Positions 12,166 to 23,176 of a stretch of DNA of 64,000 nt are shown here, one piece after another (position 1 is the first letter of the stretch; each line of letters begins with the position of its first letter). The notes under the pieces were generated by a model. The model was not told the DNA's origin. It worked only from the letters and a program-made list of their open reading frames with translations, and did not search any database. Both the position numbers and the translations under genes were made by a program. This DNA comes from Octopus sinensis (taxonomy: Eukaryota). The stretch lies in NCBI RefSeq assembly GCF_006345805.1, contig NC_042998.1:106020001-106084000 (forward strand), written 5' to 3'.

Positions 12166-12322
12166 TTAATTATGTGTTTTAATTACAGCATTAGAGCTTT
12201 TCAGCTCTTATTTCTAGCAATGTAGGTGTTCTAGCATCCTAAGGATATTTAGTGAAAATTATAGTTTTCCTTTCTGGTAAAACATTGCACACGGTTATCT
12301 ATATCAATTATGTGTGTGTATG

Positions 12323-12373
<51 letters not shown>

Positions 12374-12434
12374 ATGTATGTATGTATGTATGTATGTATG
12401 TATGTATGTATGTATGTATGTATGTATGTATGTA

Positions 12435-12905
12435 TAGAGAGGCAATGACAGGAGACTGAGACCGAGACCTTTGGAGATATGTTATGATTGAGAAGACCCA
12501 GCAACTAAAGTGAGATCACAGCCATGCATGTCAGGCTCAATTAAGAATACCCCTGATGCGTTGGGTGATATGATATGCTTGAGAAGACTTGTTGAGTCAA
12601 GTAGCTATAGCCAGTTCTCCATGACTGGCGCTCATGCTGGTGGTACATAAAAAGCACTATCCAAACGTGATCAATGCCAGGCCTGCCTGACTGGCTCCCA
12701 CGCCGGTGGCATGTAAAAAGCACCCACTACACTTTCAGAGTGGTTGGCATTAGGAAGGGCACCCAGCTGTAGAAACATTGCCAGATCAGATTGGAGCCTG
12801 GTGCAGCTACTGGCTCTACAGACCTTAGTCAAATCGTCCAACATGTGCTAGCATGGAAAACGGATGTTAATCAATGAAGATGATGATGATGAGGATAATG
12901 ATGAT
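12435..12905 (+). mobile_element. RTE-LINE 3' end with UTR sub-repeats and (GAT)n tail
   Basis: GAGACCTTTGGAGATATG..GAGAAGACCC through CATGGAAAACGGATGTTAATC..GATGATG. Confidence 0.85.
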
Positions 12906-12915
12906 ATATATATAT

Positions 12916-13131
12916 ATTCAATATGTGACCGTGTCTGTATCGTTGGCAATTTTTTTCCTCTCTTTTCCCTTCCTTGGATCTTTCCTTTTCCTATGTTTCT
13001 GATGAAGAGCTCCACTCGAAACATTAAATCCTCCTTCTTTCTTTCCTTTCCTGAGCATCCAATAACACTATACTTGGTCCACATCCTCGCGTTGTTGTGT
13101 TTTCTCTTTGTATTTTCATGTTTGGATTAAC
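12916..13131 (+). mobile_element. Short PLE-type tail element (family C) with minimal HHR at 12995-13030
   Basis: GTTT-CTGATGA-A-GAGC-TCC-ACTC-GAAACAT-T-AAAT; homologous to 49296-49503 and 28963-29170; ends GTTTGGATTAAC then TA run. Confidence 0.8.
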
Positions 13132-13164
13132 TATCTATATATATATATATATATATCTAATATA

Positions 13165-13310
<146 letters not shown>

Positions 13311-13386
13311 TGTGTGTATATGTTTATTAGGCAAAATGCACCATGCATAAAGACAAAAACTAAATTTCAAATTTAAAAAGCCAAAG

Positions 13387-13810
13387 AAGGCAGTGAGTTG
13401 GCAGAGTCAGAATCATTAGCATGCTGGGCAAAATGCTTAGTGGGCATCTCAACCATCTTTAAATTTCGTGTTCAGATGCCACTGAGGTTGATAAAAGGAG
13501 TGCCAATTGTGCACTAGAATTGATGTAATCAGCTTGCTCCCTCTTCTGAAACCAATAGCCTTGTGCCAAAATTTTAAATCAATATTTAGAACCCGAAAGG
13601 CAACAAGCTGGCTGAGACATTAGCACACAGGGCAATATGCTTGGTAGTATTTCATCCATCTTTATGTTCTGAGTTCAAACGGTACTATGGTCAACTTTGC
13701 CTTTCGTCCCTTCAATAAAATAATTACCAGTTGAGGACTGTGATCAATATAATCAACTAACTCCCTCCCACTAAACTGTTGGTCTCATGCCAAAATCTGA
13801 AACCAATATT
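13387..13810 (+). mobile_element. Two adjacent S2 SINE copies (13387-13587, 13597-13810)
   Basis: Each has GAG/AAG(C/T)TGGC head, GTTCA(A/G)A B-box-like motif and TGTGCCAAA..AA.CAATATT end. Confidence 0.8.
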
Positions 13811-14569
13811 AGAAAGACTAGCTGTGAGAGGAAATTATAAAAATATAAAACACTTCTTTTATGTTTTTGATGTGTAGAAAAAAAGAGATAGGGAGATTCC
13901 CTAATTCTATTCACAAGATATTGGTCAGCCCAAGAATATAGTGGCAAAATCCTGCCAATAGAGCCATGTGGTGGGAATGAACTTGAAAATATGTGGTTGC
14001 AAAGTAAACTTTTTAACCACACAGCTATTATGTCATTTTAACCTACTTTCTGTATAAATGACTACCAGCTCTTATATATCCAAAGATGGCAATAAAATTT
14101 CATTAGAGGAAAGCCATACCATATCTTCTACAATCACCAAACAAGCATTACTTGGCCTGTCTTATTGGAAAAGCATGGCAAGGTGTTAATTTGGACTAAG
14201 CTAAACAGTTTAATCAATTACTTTGGCAAATCTGACAAGTAGCACTGTATACTATAGACCTAGAAAATGGTATAAAGTAACTGTTGGATGAATGTGTGGA
14301 CAGAGGAAAGAAATACAAAAAAAATAGAATAATACAAGAGAAAGACAGCCGCTTCCTTTTATGCAAGTGACAATATATATTTATGTCATTATTGTTATTT
14401 CCCTTTCACCACTCCACCACTACTATCCTCCCTCCTCCTCCTCATCATCATCATCATCATCATCATCATCGTCATCATCATTCCCATTGTCATCCTTACA
14501 TTGAGAATAAAACCATACTTGCCATAATAATCCTTTCTATTATTATATATATGATTATACTTTCTATAA

Positions 14570-15145
14570 GACAACAAGCTGGCAGAACCATTAACATGCT
14601 AGACAAAGTGCTTAGCTGCATTTCATCCATCTTTATGCTCTGAATTCAAATTCTGCCACAAGGTTGATTTTGCCTTTCATTCATTCAGAGTTGATAAAAC
14701 AAATACCAGTTGCGCACTGGGGTCAATGTAATTGACTTACTACTTCCCCTAAAATTGCTGGTCTTGTGCCAAACTTTGAAACCATTATTATACTTGTGGT
14801 GGTTTGGCAAAGATCTAGTGACTTGAATAGGAATCATTATTTTTTTTTCTTAGAGGCCTAGTCGCTGTAGTTAGTTTCCAAAATTTCTTGCTTCAATTCT
14901 GGAGCAAAGATATGTTAGTATTAGAACTACCTTACCTTTTCCCAAGGTGGTGAGCTGGCTGAATTGTTAGCATGCTGGGCATTTCACCTATCTTTACATT
15001 CTGAGTTCAAATTCCACCAAAGTCAACATTGCTTTTCATTCTTTCAGGGTTGATAAAATAAATACCTGTTGAACACTGAGGGTGATGTAATCAACTTAAC
15101 TCCTCACCCAAAAAGGCTGGCATTGTGCCAAAATTTGAAGCCACA
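14570..15145 (+). mobile_element. Two S2 SINE copies (14570-14790, 14945-15145)
   Basis: Same diagnostic motifs as other S2 copies. Confidence 0.85.
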
Positions 15146-15627
15146 CACTTTAGGATAAGACTAAATCAGAAAATAATAAAATCTGTAATCAAGCTACTCT
15201 TGTAAAATAATCTTCATAATTTATGGAACATTGTTATTTCTTCCATCACTAGATTTGGTCACTGAAGCTGAACTTTGACCTGGCTGATCCACCCTCTACT
15301 CACCCCATAAGTAGCAAATAAAATTTGGGTGGCAATCATTCATGGGTAGAGAAATAAACAGAAAAATTGTCAATTAATTTGGTCATTTTCAGTGTTCTGC
15401 CATACTAAAGTTAACCAGACAGAAGTTATTTCCATAAATAATTTATAACTATGACAGTAATTATTAAACCGTTAAATTTTCTAATATCATTATATATAAG
15501 TCACACATAATGTTGCATTACTGAAATTGTGACATACAAACTTTTAATCTAATTCTCTTACTAACATTGAATACATGAACATTTGATGTTCTTTAACACA
15601 GCTAACATTGCGCAAGCCATTCTTTAA

Positions 15628-15829
15628 CCCTTTAGCATTCAAATTACTCTGTCAAATGTAATGCACATTTATTCACTTGTTTTGAATTAATCATCTTGTA
15701 GCTTTGAGAAGTCAAATATGTTATTGTTTATTGTCAGAATGATACAGTAGGGTAGATGTGAGAGGTCGGAACTGGCCAGTTTGAATATAAAACAGGTAGA
15801 ATATTTGGGCCTGCTTAAATACTAAAGGG
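15628..15829. mobile_element. 202-bp piggyBac-type MITE
   Basis: TTAA-CCCTTTAGCATT ... AAATACTAAAGGG-TTAA. Confidence 0.85.
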
Positions 15830-17400
15830 TTAAACCCAACATATTATGCAGATGTTCTCATGTTAATAACAATTGTCAAGATTTCAGACACTACAATAAC
15901 TATTGTATTAGCTCTTCTAACTCTTTGGTCTTAGATCTGTCATGGGCCTACTGGCTCATTAAGACTGCAGTTTGCCCCATTTTCCATTATGTATAAGTAA
16001 CTGCAAGTACAATACATCTGCCCCTGAATGGAACACCAGTTTTTCGTAGGGTTAACTTCTCAGAAGCCACTGGTACACATTTTCAGCTGAGTGAAGTGGA
16101 GTCATGCAAAATGAAATGTTTTGCTCTCAAACATATCAAAACAACCTGGTCTGAGAATCAAGCCCACCACTTCCTTTTATCAAGGAATGTAAACTATGAC
16201 TGCATGAGACTAACAGGCTGGCAAATAGGATCCATTAGCTTTTCACATCTGAGATGTTACCAACTGGCAGGAAATGCAATTGTAAAATATACACAAATAT
16301 TTTAATTTAAACCATTGGTATGTAGGGGTTGTTGTCACAAGGTGTCCTGTTGGACTAAATCTACTACCATAACATCAGTATAAGCATACATACTTAAGAG
16401 TATTTCTGCTCATAATAGGACTCTAGCCTGGCCTGCATGTCCTTGTGTAATATTTCATTTGAAAATATTTATGACCAGATTAGATAATGACACTTGATGA
16501 GAAAAATTATCATAAAGAAAATTTATCGTCTTTAGCAGGTGGCTAACACTTAGCACATCCATAATGTATGCCCCTGGTTAAATGAAACAAATTATCCCAG
16601 TCATGCTAATACAGAAAATAAATATACAATAAATTAAAAGGAGAACTTGTAAACTGTTGAGTATGTTTGTTACTTTGTTATATATCTTGCAAAGAATTTT
16701 GAAGAATTGACATTTCATCATTATTTTGCTTTCCATATTGGTATGGGTTTGATAGTTAATCAAGATCCAACAATTTGAAAGACTATATCATGCTCCAGTG
16801 TCTTAGTTTTAACAGGATTTCAATGACTGTATGCCCTTCAAATGCCAACCACTTTGTAGAGTTTACTGGGTGCTTTTTTGTGTCTTCAAGTTTCAAGTTC
16901 GTTTCCAAGTCAGTCAAAAAGATTTGTAGGGCCAGTTTTCAAGTTTCTATGGTACATATATTCCCCACCTGGGTGGGACACTGGTCCGTCACAGGAGTGC
17001 TTTTTTGTGGTACCAACACTAAGGAATTTGCCTTGAAACTCACAAGACTAAAGAGTGTCCTCACCTGAGTGGAAGAATAAGACGTAGAATGTTTGTTTAG
17101 GTGAGATGCTGAAAGGTACAGGTTTGTATGATGATAGGTACAAGTTTGTTGTGGGAAAGATTCACAGCTACTTTGCATTTTATATGGATGGTTGGGGATG
17201 ATGGGAGTGGTGCCACTAAGAGAGGTAAATATGGTGATGATGAGGTGCCAGAACAGCCCTTATGGTAACTTGTCCAAGAAGGTGAATAGAAGAGAGCATA
17301 GAAACAGGAGAACCAATAGAGGTAGGCAAGGTTACAAGAGTGAAAGGGAAGAGTGAGCGAAGGCTACAAACATAGGTTGGGATGACCAGATATAGGAGAT

Positions 17401-17945
17401 CATCATCATCATCATCATCACCACCGACATCATTTAATGTCCTCCTTCCATGCTGACATAGGTTGGATGGTTTGACAGGAGCTGACCAAGCAGGAGCCTA
17501 CGCCATACACCTGTGTCTGTTTTGGCACTGTTTTTACAGCTGGATGCCCTTTCTACAACCAACCACTCCATAGTAGTATGAATGTAGTAAATGATGAACA
17601 TAGGTGGGGTTTTGGGGGAAATTAGTAATTATGAGTAAGGAAGTGATACAACATCCTGAGATCAGCTTTCACCATTTCATTCCACATATACAGGTTCCAT
17701 CTACAATAAGTGATGAGCATTTCTTTCTACATCTATCATCATCCTTATGCATCAAATGGCCAAACTAATGCAATCTTCCCTTTTGTACATTATATCTGGT
17801 TCATCGTATACACAGTTTTTCTCTCAACACTGCTGTACTTTGTCATTCATACAAACTGATTTTGCAAATTGAGCCAACTAATTCTGAACACTTTGTCCAA
17901 ATGAAGCAGCAAGGATTTCATCTGCAGTTTCTTGCCAGACACAAT
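17401..17945 (-). mobile_element. RTE tail (17401-17575) and RTE RT C-terminal relic (17645-17945)
   Basis: (CAT)n + CCATGCTGACATAGGTTGG; relic reads RLH*FGHLMHKDDDRC..WNEMVKADLRM. Confidence 0.7.
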
Positions 17946-18057
17946 CACTTTAAGCTGATTGTAGCTGCCATGCCTATCCCCTTGGTGACTTTCTTCCATT
18001 GTTTCAGTTTCAAACCAATCTTCTGAAGGATATATATATATATATATATATATATAT

Positions 18058-18700
18058 CATCATCATCATCATCATTATCATTTAACATCCGATGTCCATG
18101 CTGGAGGCCCTTCTTAATGCCAACCACTTTACAGAATGTGTTGGATGCTTTTACATGGCAGTGCACAGGTGCTTTTACATGAACCTGCATGAATGCTTTT
18201 TCATGATGCCATATATTATATATATATCACTGTATCACTGTATCAACCAGACTACCATTGCTGGTCACAATGCACTTCCAATTTTTTATTGATCACACTA
18301 TTCTTTTCCATCTTGGCCCAAATCATTTAATTAAACCATCCTCCCATCATCTAAGGGGTGTTTTTCAATCTCTAAGGTATCACTCACCTATTACCTGTGA
18401 TCTTTACAGCATCTCCAGCACAATGGAACTTGTGCTTTCAGTATCCTGCGATCACATTCACTCTGCTTCATTCTCAATTTATTGCATTTCAGGTATGCTC
18501 TCATAATGATATTACTAGCAGGGGTATTTCCATAGCCCTTTGTGTCATAGCTAATTGATGTTCTTCCCCTTCTTTGTAATACCCCACATCTCACTTCATA
18601 TAAGTGTGCAGGTAGAATGGTACTATCATTGGAGCAGATTTCCTGCAGCCAGATACTCTTCCTATCACTAACCCTCACCTGTTCACATTATTTTTTATTC
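18058..18700 (-). mobile_element. RTE tail fragment (18058-18200) and decayed RT C-terminus of a second RTE lineage (18250-18700)
   Basis: KTPLR*WEDGLIK*FGPRWKRIV*SIKNWK resembles RP..RW.D.L....G..W.R.A.DR..W. Confidence 0.5.
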
Positions 18701-19391
18701 TATGGGTCCTCACACATCAACGCCAATTAAATTGCAGAAATGTTACCCTCCTGAGTCAAACACACAACCAGATGATTGCAAACTGAACTTCTTAATCCTG
18801 TGTCCTTGTCTTTCTCGAGGAAATTGATTTTAAAAGAAATTTCTTGCTGAATACATGTTTTATGTTCTAGCCATTTCAAACTAAGTTGTAAATAAATCTA
18901 TGATGATTGTATTAGAGCAGAACTTTTTCATGACAAATCATACCCATTGCCATAGATTTCATTCCCAAAGCTTTCACATACTTCACAAAATTTGATCAAA
19001 TCAATCAACGTAGTTACCTGCAATCTCTGTGTCATACCAAAATACATTTTTAAAAGTTGGGAAGTGAATATCTTAAATAGTCTATATGTTTCTGTTGTAA
19101 TGGAACAACTTTTAAAAGGAATTTCTTGTTAAATAAATATACTGTATTTGAGTCATTTCTTGCTATTTGTATATAAGTGTGTGATGATCATACTAATGCT
19201 AGGCATTTTCTTGGTAAAATTAAAATCATGTCCACAGATTTCGTTGCTAGCTGGGGACACATACACTTACAAGTGATTTGACAAAATGCACAAATATCAC
19301 AGCATCATTTATATCTTCTCTAAATTTAAATATTGATGCTCACAGTCTCTTTTTCTTACTGTTATATTCTTAGATCTTCTGTGAACTTGTA

Positions 19392-19433
<42 letters not shown>

Positions 19434-19989
19434 TTCTATACTCTTCTCTCTCTTTTTTCCATTTCTTTCTTTTTCTTTTCTACCCTATCACCTCTTTCTC
19501 TGCAATTCAGTCCATTTCTTTTCCCACTATCCTCATTTCTGCTTTGGATTCCTCTCATTCTTTCTCTTGTTTACTCAGGAAGCAATCTTTATTTTATCTC
19601 CCTTCAATCTTTTTACTTGCTCAAAGACAAGGATCCAATATTGTGGACATATATCCTTGTTGTCTTATGTTGTTCATATTCACTTATTTCAGTCATAAAA
19701 GGACTTTCGGTATCCTTGTCACTCAGGCTTAACCAAAGATACTTTCTTGTATCTCTCAGTATACATTAAAACTTAATTTCTTGCATATTGTATCTTGTCC
19801 TCAAATAACATTAACAATGGACATTGGTGATGATGATGATGATGATGATGATGACGGTATACTTTTTGTCTGTCTTTTGTGTCTCTTCTCCACTCCCTAA
19901 CAAAACTGCTTTTCTTTACAACCTTGCTATTAAATAGGAGGTCAGTCAAAATTTATGTTAAATTAAAAGGAGAACATACATACATACAA

Positions 19990-20143
19990 TAGATTTCTTT
20001 TAGTTTCCATCCACCAACTCCACTGACAAGACTTTGGTGGGTTCAGAGCCACAGTAAAAGACAATTGCTCATACCATAGAGTGGGACTGAACCTGAAACC
20101 ATATGGTTGGGAAGCTAACTTCTTAACCACACAGTCATAGCCA
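19990..20143 (-). mobile_element. S1 SINE 5' half
   Basis: Reverse of GTTCAGTCCCACT...GGATGGAAACTAAAAGAA. Confidence 0.8.
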
Positions 20144-22221
20144 TTTCTGCACAAACACACAGACACACACACGTATATATATTTATATATACATAAATAT
20201 ATATATATGTATGCATATATATATATATATATATATAAATATATAAAATATAAAATATAAATTAGAGATAAAACCACTATTATGCAACTCAAACAGTGAC
20301 AGACATAAACCAAAACATAAATAACAAATAATTTATATTTTTATAAAACATATAACTTATAACTAGATCTCAAAAAGTATAAAAATGAATGATCAATATA
20401 TTATATAATAAGTAAAAAAAAACTATGTACGTTTTTTTTTTTTACTTATCATTACTATCCTGAGTGTCAGGATAGTAATGATAATACAGTTGAGAGGGAG
20501 AGGACAAGAGGGAGAGATGATATGGTTGGGTAGTTTGAAAGAGCTTGGTGGTGAAGAAGGTAGGTATAGTTCATAACAGGGAAGAAATTTGGCTGGTGGT
20601 GAGGTGACACACATAAACACATATATACATGTGTGTATGCAGAGAGTGACACAGACAAAGTGAAAAAGATAACAGGGGACAAAGTATGAAGACTGATTGT
20701 ATGTGGGTAACACTGTACTAGATAGAACCCCTCCCTACTATCACTCCATCTACTTTCCGTTATGATATCTCTATATTGTAAGATGGCATTCGGTCAGATC
20801 TGTTTACATTCAATTTCCCCATCCCATACCATCATCACATCTATACTCCAAATTTCCTATCATTCATATTTTATATTCATCATTCCTACTTTCTCACCAT
20901 CATTTATCGTTATTGCCATTCAGCACACAGTCCCTCACATTTGGTATGCTCCCTTTTATCATCTTACCTCTCTGCCACTACTCTTCCACCATCACACAGC
21001 TCATGCTGTTTATATTCAATCTCCTTACCAACAATGGTCATATAGCGCTCTATCACTCTTTATCTTCTTTTACCTTCTCCTCTTATTCTTTGCACTTTAT
21101 CTCTATTTTTTATTAATCTTTCCCCTATCGCCCACTTGCTCCAGTTTTCTACCATCATTCTCTAATTCTAAATGTTAGAACAATCCTGTGGTGCCGGTGA
21201 AAAAATGAACAGAGACAATATTGCGTAATGAAGAATTGTTTTTATTATTGCCAAAGAGAAGAGAACCTACCTAGTGTTGCTACAATGGTAAAATGTATGC
21301 AGTTCACTCTGTTAAATGAGTAATTAACGAATAGATAAAATGTAGAGGAGAGAGGATTGTTTAGTCTTGCCAGAGGCAATGTAGACTCTGTGGTGTTGGT
21401 GACAAGATGAAACATGCCTAGCATGCTCTATAAAGCATTTGGCAAATGACAGTGCCAACATAAGGCTGAGAGGGATCTTTAGTCTTGCTATACAAGTGAT
21501 GATAATGATGATGACGACGACGATGACAATGACGACGAGGTTATGTGTACAATGCCAAATGCACTGTGTATACATGAAGCAGGCTATACTCTCCAATTTA
21601 ATGCAGTGAGTACTTTCTTGTTTGACTGGCCTTCTTAATCTCCAAAAAAATAAAGAAGTCATACTGTGTTTGTGTGTGTGTGTATGTATATGTGTGTGCA
21701 TGTGTGTGTGTATGTGTGCATACAGATGTGTGTGGCTGTATAGCTTTTTCCTTTATCACATCAACTATTTGTTCTGCAACTTTCTAATGTTCTGTGGCCT
21801 AAAAGAAAGTAAATGTTCAAAATGTTCATCATTAAAGTATTAAAGCCATTTCCATTACTGCATCACTGCACAACTGTTGCACAATATGCATTAAATATTT
21901 GTCCACTTCCTCTCCCAGCAAAGGTTAAAAAAATACCGAGTAAATGTCCAAAGATTTTCACACTAGATTCAGTTGCTATGGCAACAGAATGGCCTCTAGC
22001 AATATCAGCCAAGGATATATTATTTAGATTACAATTATGAACAACTTCAATGATATGTATGTACATACACACCACACACACGTGCATGCAAACACTCATA
22101 TTTGTGAACACACACATACACATGTTCATGTACACACACACACACACGTGTGTGCACACATATATGCACACAAGCACACATGTGTACATGCACATACACA
22201 CATACACAAACATGAATAGTA

Positions 22222-22383
22222 GGCGCAGGAGAGGCTGTGTGGTAAGATGCTTGCTTCCCAACCACATGGTTCCAGGTTCAGTCCCACTGCATGACACTTT
22301 GGGCAAGTGTCTTCTACTATAGCCACAGGACGACCAAAGCCTTGTGAATGGATTTGGTAGACGGAAACTGAAAGAAGCCCAGC
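22222..22383 (+). mobile_element. S1 SINE 5' half, ending at the TA run that holds the composite PLE
   Basis: GGCGCAGGAGAGGCTGTGTGGTAAG...GGTTCAGTCCCACTGC...GGAAACTGAAAGAAGCCC. Confidence 0.9.
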
Positions 22384-22390
22384 ATATGTA

Positions 22391-22433
<43 letters not shown>

Positions 22434-22672
22434 CAATTAAGGATAAAATCTTAATAAGAAATCTTAACAAGAAATTATCAGGTAGTTAGTGTGAAAAACC
22501 TCATAAGAGAAAAAATCTGAAAATTTTTTCACTTGAAAATATTTATTTATATTATATAGAGGGCATTATTACACATAAATGCCACACGCTAGGAGGGACT
22601 TTGAAAGTCATTACTACCAAAAATAAACAAATCGTACTGAATGCAGCACTTGAAGCAAGACATTTAAAAATA

Positions 22673-22749
22673 GAATTTAGTTCCAGATCACCTGTGATTT
22701 CGCAATTAACATATTATCTACGTCTCTTGTTCATCAGTGAAACAAATTC
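22673..22749 (-). ncRNA. Type I hammerhead ribozyme motif (family A, left arm)
   Basis: GAATTT-GTTTCA-CTGATGA-[A CAA GAG ACGTA GATAA TATGT TAA TTG C]-GAA-ATCA-CAGG-TGAT-C-TGGAAC-T-AAATTC; 12-bp stem I with one bulge. Confidence 0.7.
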
Positions 22750-22953
22750 AAAACATATCCAGAATGAATAAAACCAACATACCCGGTGGAACCCAACAGA
22801 CAACCGTCACCTCCATCGTAGCACATGGAAATGTTCGCCCGCCATTTACATAAATATATGACGAATGAACATTTCCATGTGCTACGATGGAGGCGACGGT
22901 TGTCTGTTGGGTTCTGCCGGGTATGTTGGTTTTATTCATTCTTGATATGTTTT

Positions 22954-23030
22954 GAATTCGTTTCACTGATGAACAAGAGATGTAGATAATACATTAATTG
23001 CGAAATCACAGGTGATCTGGAACTAAATTC
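22954..23030 (+). ncRNA. Type I hammerhead ribozyme motif (family A, right arm); predicted cut after 23017
   Basis: CTGATGA at 22966-22972, GAAA at 23002-23005, stem III ATCA/TGAT, AUC triplet, stem I GTTTCA/TGGAAC plus GAATT/AATTC. Confidence 0.7.
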
Positions 23031-23176
23031 TGTTTTTAAATGTCTTGCTTCAAGAGCTGCATTCGGTACGATTCGTTTATTTTTGGTAGTAATGACTTTC
23101 AAAGTCCCTCCTAGCGTGTGGCATTTATGTGTAATAATGCCCTCTATGCCGCCTCAACATCTCCCTGGCTGAGCTC

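Larger units (their letters stand above)
11646..12300 (-). mobile_element. Tandem plus inverted HHR-bearing element (family D)
   Basis: Arms ~11946-12060 / 12168-12290 inverted; ~11657-11720 inverted to 12168-12232; central block repeated at a 338-bp period. Confidence 0.75.
22433..23147. mobile_element. Fold-back PLE-type tail (family A): 281-bp inverted arms 22556-22836 / 22867-23147 plus a 123-bp unpaired extension to the TA run
   Basis: Arms aligned by hand: no indels, 12 mismatches in 281 bp; 30-bp spacer. Confidence 0.9.

Noticed and set aside
19570-19630. CTCAGGA-AGCAA..TTGCT-CAAAGAC as a decayed HHR
   Set aside because: Several core mismatches, single copy; cannot be distinguished from chance.
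22559-23144. Simple TA-flanked Tc1/mariner MITE reading of the palindrome
   Set aside because: TA flanks both arms, but the left side continues 123 bp as a tail into (TA)n, each arm holds an HHR motif, and the centre is a native stem-loop. A PLE fold-back fits better; MITE is not fully excluded.
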